From a virus (lineage: Duplodnaviria; Caudoviricetes), in IMG/VR virus record IMGVR_UViG_3300032218_001136, positions 1-38,335 of that record: a DNA stretch of 38,335 nt; one strand, given 5' to 3'. The notes below the pieces were generated by a model. It was not told the origin of the DNA, did not search any database, and saw nothing but the letters and a program-made list of their open reading frames with translations. A program made the translations under genes and the position numbers. Positions within the stretch are counted from its first letter, which is position 1; each line of letters begins with the position of its first letter. This document shows, piece after piece, positions 32,838-38,335 of the stretch.

Positions 32838-33725
32838 ATGACTACAGCCGCAAACGTCATTGATAGGACGTTGCGACAACTGCTATCGGGGACAGTTGAA
32901 CCACGCAACAAACTTGCCTCAACACTCGATTCCACATCAACGAGTGTTACGGTCTCTTTTGCTATTGAAGGACTTCGTGCTGGACAGGTTTGTGAAATTG
33001 AATCAGAACTTATGTACATCTGGTCAACTGATGCAGGAACAAAAACTCTAACAGTTCAACGTGGGTTTTCTGGAACTACTGCAACTACTCATGCTGCTGA
33101 TTCAATTGTTACAAGTAGCCCACGTTTTCCAAGGGCACAAATTTTAGAACTTATCAACTATGAACTGTTGGACCTTTCATCTCCACTAAACGGTTTATTT
33201 CAAGTTAAGACACTTGACATTAATTACAACGGTTCAGACCCAATGATTGACCTTGTTGGAATTGGTTCTGTTATCGACTTAATCCAAGTATCAGTTCGCT
33301 ACATGGTTGATGATTACCCTGTCGCCCGCAAAGTACGACTAATGCGTGATGTTCCGACAGATGATTTTCCTTCAGGATATGCGTTACGTTTTGACCAGCC
33401 AGTATTCCCTGGACGTTTACGCATCGTATACAAAGCACCATACGTTACTGCAACAAATGAAACTGTAGATATCAATTCCACTTGTGGTATCCAGGAAACT
33501 GTTACCGACATTGTTTTGCTTGGGGCGCAAATCCGATTGATGGCCCCACGTGAAATTAAACGCAACTTCACGGAATCACAAGGTGAAACACGACGCGCAG
33601 AAGAAGTTCCAGTTGGCGCTATTGGCAACTCAGCAACTCAACTTATGCGTATTCGTCGTGACCGTATTCAAGCAGAAGCAGCCCGTCTATCGAGGTCATA
33701 CCCAACATTTTTGTCAAAGGACTAA
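32838..33725 (+). CDS. Putative tail adaptor (tubular protein A-like)
   Basis: 295 aa, starts MTTAANVIDRTLRQL; precedes a ~620-aa beta-rich protein as in podovirus adaptor/nozzle pairs. Inferred from position. Confidence 0.55.
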   Translation: MTTAANVIDRTLRQLLSGTVEPRNKLASTLDSTSTSVTVSFAIEGLRAGQVCEIESELMYIWSTDAGTKTLTVQRGFSGTTATTHAADSIVTSSPRFPRAQILELINYELLDLSSPLNGLFQVKTLDINYNGSDPMIDLVGIGSVIDLIQVSVRYMVDDYPVARKVRLMRDVPTDDFPSGYALRFDQPVFPGRLRIVYKAPYVTATNETVDINSTCGIQETVTDIVLLGAQIRLMAPREIKRNFTESQGETRRAEEVPVGAIGNSATQLMRIRRDRIQAEAARLSRSYPTFLSKD

Positions 33726-33728
33726 ACA

Positions 33729-35594
33729 ATGGCAAGTCCTAAACTTTACAGGTTCACTGACTCTTTTCTGCCATCGCCAAGATTCTTCAGTGGCAGCACA
33801 ACTAACGCATTAGTCCCAGACATTTTCCCTGTAGCAATTGACGGACGACCATTTCTTATCGATTTTAAATCAAACTTGATGACTAGAAGTTTTGAAGCAC
33901 GTGTTCGAGATTCAGTAGACCAATCAACTAGTCCTGGCGAGGCTGCGATTAACCCACAAGGTTTGTGGCGCAGAGGTGAAACATCATGGCATGCTGGTGC
34001 TGGACAAAAATATTCAGACACGGCCGATTCTGCAGAGTACCGTTTCTATAGCAGCAAAGGAATAAACCCTTGGACTAAAGGTGAATTAACTTTACTTAAC
34101 GCAACAAAGTCTGTTTTGACATCATCAAATACCAATCTTAAGATGGTTGTTGCCAATAGTTCTGTGTATGTAACTGATGGAACTGCAGTCAAATACTCAA
34201 CAGACCCATTTGCTGCAACTCCAACATGGACTGCTATCACTGGATTGCCTTCTCTTACCCCTCGCGACATTGCTTCCGATGGTCAAAACGTCTACTTGAC
34301 TTATGCAGGAACTACCAGTTCGTTTGGATTATGGAAAGTTGATTCTTCACGTGTAGCAACCAACCTTGCACATGGAACGGGACATGAACTGGGAAACATT
34401 TCTTTTGCCAAGGGTCACTTGATGGTGTCTGGTGCTACAGCCGCTGACTCTATAGACATTTACTATGACCCAGCAGGGAGCATTGGTACGGACAGTTACT
34501 CTCACCCAATTCCAGGCTGGACATGGACCAACTTCGCGGCAGGTCAGAACGCCATTTATGCTGCTGGCTATGTTGGTGACCGAGGTGCAATCTACAAAAT
34601 CACCATCACCGCAGCAGGTATTCTTGACCAGCCAGTAGTGGCACTTGAACTACCAATTGGGGAAATCCCTCAAGTCATTGAAGGTTATCTTGGAGCAATT
34701 CTAATTGGAACGAACAAAGGGGTTCGCTATGCAACTACTGATAGCCAAGCGAACCTGACATCTGGTGCACTAATTCCTACCCCAAACGCAGTAAAAGCCT
34801 TTACTTTTGAAGACCGTTACGCATGGTTTACATGGTCCAACTACGACGGTACATCAACTGGATTAGGGCGTTTAGATTTAGGAACATTTATCGCAGTTAA
34901 TACCCCTGCATATGCAACAGACTTAATGACTGCAGCCACAGCAAACGTAACTTCAGTAATTACCTTTGCCAAAAAACGTTTGTTTGCGGTAACAGGAATT
35001 GGATTCTTTGGAGAAGACACAGATAATCTTGTTACGTCTGGGCAAATTATTACAGGAACATATCGTTGGGGAATCCCAGACCGTAAGTTTATTGCGAAAT
35101 TTGACCTTCGAAGTCAACCACTTGTCGGAACAATCTCACCATACATATCCCTTGATAGCGCAGATTATGTGACGCTATCCCCACACTCCACTACTGGCAC
35201 AAGTGAAGCAGTAGCAACTGGCCCACAAACAAAGTTTATTGAAGCAAAAATCAAAATAGAATTAACTCGTGCAACAGCCACAACAGGGCCAACACTTACC
35301 CGTTGGATGGCAAGAGCCTACGCAACACCAGCCAGAAGCCAAGTATTCAGAGTTCCATTACTCATGCACCACACACTGCGACTCAAAGACTCCGATTACT
35401 ACATGGATGTAGACACCGAATTAATCAACCTTCGAGACCTGGTAACCAATCCAAGAGTTATTACCTACCAAGAAAACAATGAATCTTTCTCGGTAATTGT
35501 GGAAGATATGGAATTCCAGGTCATTGATGGCTACCAACAAAACTGGGACCTAGAAGGAACCTGTACTGTTACAATGCGTTCTGTACAAGATTAG
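33729..35594 (+). CDS. Putative tail nozzle (tubular protein B-like, beta-propeller)
   Basis: 621-aa beta-rich ORF, SWHAGAGQKY and SKGINPWTKGELTLL; RBS AAGGA. Confidence 0.6.
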   Translation: MASPKLYRFTDSFLPSPRFFSGSTTNALVPDIFPVAIDGRPFLIDFKSNLMTRSFEARVRDSVDQSTSPGEAAINPQGLWRRGETSWHAGAGQKYSDTADSAEYRFYSSKGINPWTKGELTLLNATKSVLTSSNTNLKMVVANSSVYVTDGTAVKYSTDPFAATPTWTAITGLPSLTPRDIASDGQNVYLTYAGTTSSFGLWKVDSSRVATNLAHGTGHELGNISFAKGHLMVSGATAADSIDIYYDPAGSIGTDSYSHPIPGWTWTNFAAGQNAIYAAGYVGDRGAIYKITITAAGILDQPVVALELPIGEIPQVIEGYLGAILIGTNKGVRYATTDSQANLTSGALIPTPNAVKAFTFEDRYAWFTWSNYDGTSTGLGRLDLGTFIAVNTPAYATDLMTAATANVTSVITFAKKRLFAVTGIGFFGEDTDNLVTSGQIITGTYRWGIPDRKFIAKFDLRSQPLVGTISPYISLDSADYVTLSPHSTTGTSEAVATGPQTKFIEAKIKIELTRATATTGPTLTRWMARAYATPARSQVFRVPLLMHHTLRLKDSDYYMDVDTELINLRDLVTNPRVITYQENNESFSVIVEDMEFQVIDGYQQNWDLEGTCTVTMRSVQD

Positions 35595-35604
35595 GAGTAT
35601 TTAA

Positions 35605-36489
35605 ATGGCATACGCAACAAGAAGGTCTTACGCTGGAGCCGCACCAGCCTGCACTCTAACCAGTGGCATCACCTCTAGCGCTACGTCAATGACCCTTACT
35701 GGAGATACAACCAACTGGAACAATACAGCAAACGGTCCGTTTTATATTGTTATCGACGCAGGTCTAGCAACTGAAGAAAAGATTCTTGTAACAGCCCGTA
35801 CCAGTGGAAACATCACCACAATGACTCGTGGGCAAGATGGAACAACTGCTGCTGCTCATGCTGCTGGCGCAGTAACATATCCAATTTTTACTGCAACTGA
35901 TGCAGACCAAGCAAATAAAATTGCTTCGGCGTTAACTACCAAGGGTGATGTTCTGGGCACTGATGGTTCAACGCTCAATCGTTTGGCCGTAGGGACTAAT
36001 GACTATGCGCTACTTGCTGATTCTGCTGCAACAAATGGATTTTCCTGGAAACAAATTCCTGCTGCTGGCCTTGCAACAGATTCTGTTACTACGGTAAAGA
36101 TTGTTGATGCAAACGTTACTGCTGCAAAACTTGCTACTGATGCTGTAACTAAAGCAAAAATTGCTGACCGTTCTATTGGCTCGGCTGAACTTGATGGTAT
36201 CTCGATTAACGCTGGTACAACTAGTGCATACACCCTTGTGGCTGGTGACGCTAACCGTGTTGTTACTTTTAGTGCGACGACTACGGTGACTATTCCTGCG
36301 TCAGTGTTTTCTGTCGGTGACCAAATCAACATCTTGCAAACTGGTACTGGTCAGGTAACTATCGCGGGTCCAGGCGTGACTTTGCGTAGTGAATCTTCGC
36401 GTCTAAAGACTCGCGCACAGTATGCGATGGCTACGGTAATTTGTATTGCCAGTAATGAGTTTGTCGTTCTCGGCAACGTTGTTGCATAG
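35605..36489 (+). CDS. Tail fibre protein
   Basis: TRGQDGT.AAAHAAG, LTTKGD.L, VTxxKI/LA repeats, C-terminal YTLVAGDA...FSVGDQINILQ.G.GQVT fibre motifs. Confidence 0.75.
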   Translation: MAYATRRSYAGAAPACTLTSGITSSATSMTLTGDTTNWNNTANGPFYIVIDAGLATEEKILVTARTSGNITTMTRGQDGTTAAAHAAGAVTYPIFTATDADQANKIASALTTKGDVLGTDGSTLNRLAVGTNDYALLADSAATNGFSWKQIPAAGLATDSVTTVKIVDANVTAAKLATDAVTKAKIADRSIGSAELDGISINAGTTSAYTLVAGDANRVVTFSATTTVTIPASVFSVGDQINILQTGTGQVTIAGPGVTLRSESSRLKTRAQYAMATVICIASNEFVVLGNVVA

Positions 36490-36491
36490 TT

Positions 36492-37232
36492 ATGCAGATT
36501 CTTGCTGCTGTCGGCGGAACTTACGATGGTGTGGCTCCCACGATGGGGTCTGCTACTAGCGCGGTTGGTGGTTGGTCTGCAACAATAACTAACTATGACG
36601 CTGCTTACACCTATTCGGCTACGACTACTGCTGGTTCTGTTTCTGTTTCTACTAGCACTATTACGCAGTCTGGACTATCTAACGGCGCGTCTTCAACGGT
36701 AACTGTTACAACTACCCGCAGCGGTTATGAGTCTGCAACGGGTACGGTATCGGGTTCAGCACAAAACGTTTTGGCAACCCCAACCTTTAGTGCAACAACT
36801 GCAACCTATGGCGGATTTACGTTCACGATTACCAACTATGATGCAGCAAATACTTATACTGTTTCAACGTCTGCTGGTTCAGCATCGCAAACTAGCGGAA
36901 CCGCAACACAAAGTGGTTTAGGGAATGGTGCTTCTGCAACAGTTTCTATTTATGCAAGCCGAAGTGGTTACGCAACTTCTGCTACGGGGACCAGAGCAGG
37001 GACATCTATTGCTGCTTGCTCTAATACTGGTTACAGTTACACAACTACTGAAGGTGGCAACCTTTCAACTTGTGGAATTATCCCTTGTGGTGCTGGACAA
37101 AACCCTGCATACGACATCTTGCATGTTCAAGTAACACCAGACCCATGTATTAGCGGTACGACTAGAGTTAATGGTGGATATATTGACTACATTGGCGGTT
37201 GGTACTGCCTAACCACTGGAAACACCTGCTAA
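36492..37232 (+). CDS. Ser/Thr-rich virion protein with a duplicated ~80-aa domain and Cys-rich tip
   Basis: Two copies of PT..S.T...GG...TITNYDAA.TY..T.AGS...TQSGL.NGAS.TV...RSGY; six Cys near the C-terminus. Confidence 0.7.
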   Translation: MQILAAVGGTYDGVAPTMGSATSAVGGWSATITNYDAAYTYSATTTAGSVSVSTSTITQSGLSNGASSTVTVTTTRSGYESATGTVSGSAQNVLATPTFSATTATYGGFTFTITNYDAANTYTVSTSAGSASQTSGTATQSGLGNGASATVSIYASRSGYATSATGTRAGTSIAACSNTGYSYTTTEGGNLSTCGIIPCGAGQNPAYDILHVQVTPDPCISGTTRVNGGYIDYIGGWYCLTTGNTC

Positions 37233-37244
37233 TAAAGGAACATC

Positions 37245-37460
37245 ATGCCAAACAACGGACCAGACCTCACCAAACCACACAACTTTTTTGCTTTTGTTAT
37301 TAACGGCGAAGTCGTGTGGAAACATTTGCTTCACGAAGAACTAGAGCACATGACTGCCGTTTATTCTTCTGACCCAAAGGTTGTCATCATTCCAAAAGAA
37401 CTTGGCGAAAGTGTTGCCATGGGTTGGAAGTACAACGGGTCTACCTTCTCTCCAGAATGA
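37245..37460 (+). CDS. Small fibre-associated protein
   Basis: Ends MGWKYNGSTFSP (GWxYxGxxF, typical of genes following fibre genes); RBS AAGGA. Confidence 0.65.
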   Translation: MPNNGPDLTKPHNFFAFVINGEVVWKHLLHEELEHMTAVYSSDPKVVIIPKELGESVAMGWKYNGSTFSPE

Positions 37461-37684
37461 GCGCGTGGGAAGAATATAAAAAAAGGTTAGGTACTACCCG
37501 ACCTTGGGATTTGGTTAACCCAAACATCCCTCGCGTAGAGGATTCAGTAGCAGACGAACGTATGGACATCTGTCTTGCATGCCCTGAACTGATTGGTTTG
37601 ACTAAGCAATGCAAACAATGTGGTTGCCTTATGACGGGGAAGGTTAAGTTGAGGGACGCTGTATGTCCCATAGGTAAGTGGTAA
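37457..37684 (+). CDS. Cys-rich small protein (DUF6171-like)
   Basis: ATG 37457 (ATGA overlap); RMDICLACPEL...QCKQCGCLM..K......CPIGKW. Confidence 0.7.
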   Translation: MSAWEEYKKRLGTTRPWDLVNPNIPRVEDSVADERMDICLACPELIGLTKQCKQCGCLMTGKVKLRDAVCPIGKW

Positions 37685-37685
37685 C

Positions 37686-38335
37686 TTGCGTAGCAAGTGG
37701 ATGATACTTGTTCCCGCTATCGGGTTTGCGCTATTCGCTAAACCTGCTAAAGCAGATGTGCTGGGCAACTGGACATTCAGCCAGTCACAAAACTGTGGTG
37801 GTTCAATCGAGGTTGTAGATAACACCATCATTCTGCATGGTCCCGACAATGGGACGCAACAGTTCGGTATGTGTGGTGGTCAAGCCAACTGGGTCAAGAT
37901 TGAAACTGCTATCCCGACGGGTGTGAATACAGTGAACTTCAAGTGGGCTTATCAAACTAACGATGGTGCATACTATGACCCGCCTCAGTATGCAATCAAT
38001 GGCGTATATGTTCAGTTGACAAATGAAAACAATGCAACAGGAACCAAATCAATACCCGTATCTGAGGGTGATATTTTCACGTTCCGTCAATACTCAATAG
38101 ATACTTGCTGCCAACCTGGGCATCTGAGTATCGGTAACCTGTCGCTATGGGAATTTACAACAACATCCACGACTTCAACAACGACGACAACTACCACTAC
38201 TGTCCCGTCAACGACTGTCCCTGTCACCAACCCGACTACTACGACAGTTCAAGAAACAACTACCACAACTACGACCTCGTCAACGACCACGACCACAGTG
38301 CCAGAAACGACAAGTACACAAGAAACAATTTCAAC
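37686..38335 (+). CDS. N-terminal part of the junction-spanning secreted protein (full gene 37686..38212 + 1..892, ~472 aa)
   Basis: Hand-translated open frame: MRSKWMILVPAIGFALFAKPAKA (signal peptide, AxA site), a ~135-aa beta-rich domain with four Cys, then poly-Thr continuing into ORF 86..892. Alternative start ATG 37701. Confidence 0.85.
   Translation, partial: MRSKWMILVPAIGFALFAKPAKADVLGNWTFSQSQNCGGSIEVVDNTIILHGPDNGTQQFGMCGGQANWVKIETAIPTGVNTVNFKWAYQTNDGAYYDPPQYAINGVYVQLTNENNATGTKSIPVSEGDIFTFRQYSIDTCCQPGHLSIGNLSLWEFTTTSTTSTTTTTTTTVPSTTVPVTNPTTTTVQETTTTTTTSSTTTTTVPETTSTQETIS
38213..38335. repeat. Terminal direct repeat (copy 2)
   Basis: Identical to bases 1-123. Confidence 0.95.

Noticed and set aside
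12003-36332. Numerous short antisense and alternative-frame ORFs within the structural genes
   Set aside because: They are nested in or opposite long well-supported genes and lack RBS or motifs, so they are treated as shadow ORFs.

Overview
The window appears to be a complete, circularly assembled ~38.2-kb genome of a tailed (probably podovirus-like) phage of Actinobacteria. Bases 1-123 are identical to 38213-38335, and one gene reads straight across that junction. Gene order: lysis cassette (Thr-rich secreted/membrane protein, small membrane proteins, M15-type peptidase endolysin); recombination/regulation module (YqaJ exonuclease, Rad52/Sak-like annealase, RHH protein, Holliday junction resolvase, secreted SLT transglycosylase, SSB, WhiB); a convergent minus-strand cluster of 11 tiny genes; a ~1-kb non-coding control region; and a long plus-strand morphogenesis region (HTH-bearing terminase, portal, probable internal/ejection proteins, scaffold, major capsid, tail/fibre genes). 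I could not recognise a DNA polymerase, primase, helicase, replication initiator, integrase or tRNA. The most striking unexplained element is a ~215-nt minus-strand RNA (about 11222-11436) with its own promoter, nested stems and three possible loop-mediated pseudoknots. Other notable signals are a tandem-pseudoknot leader in front of the scaffold/capsid genes, four tail genes sharing one N-terminal module, and block-wise A/C versus G/T codon switching in the tail region. Family assignments are from recalled motifs, not database searches.
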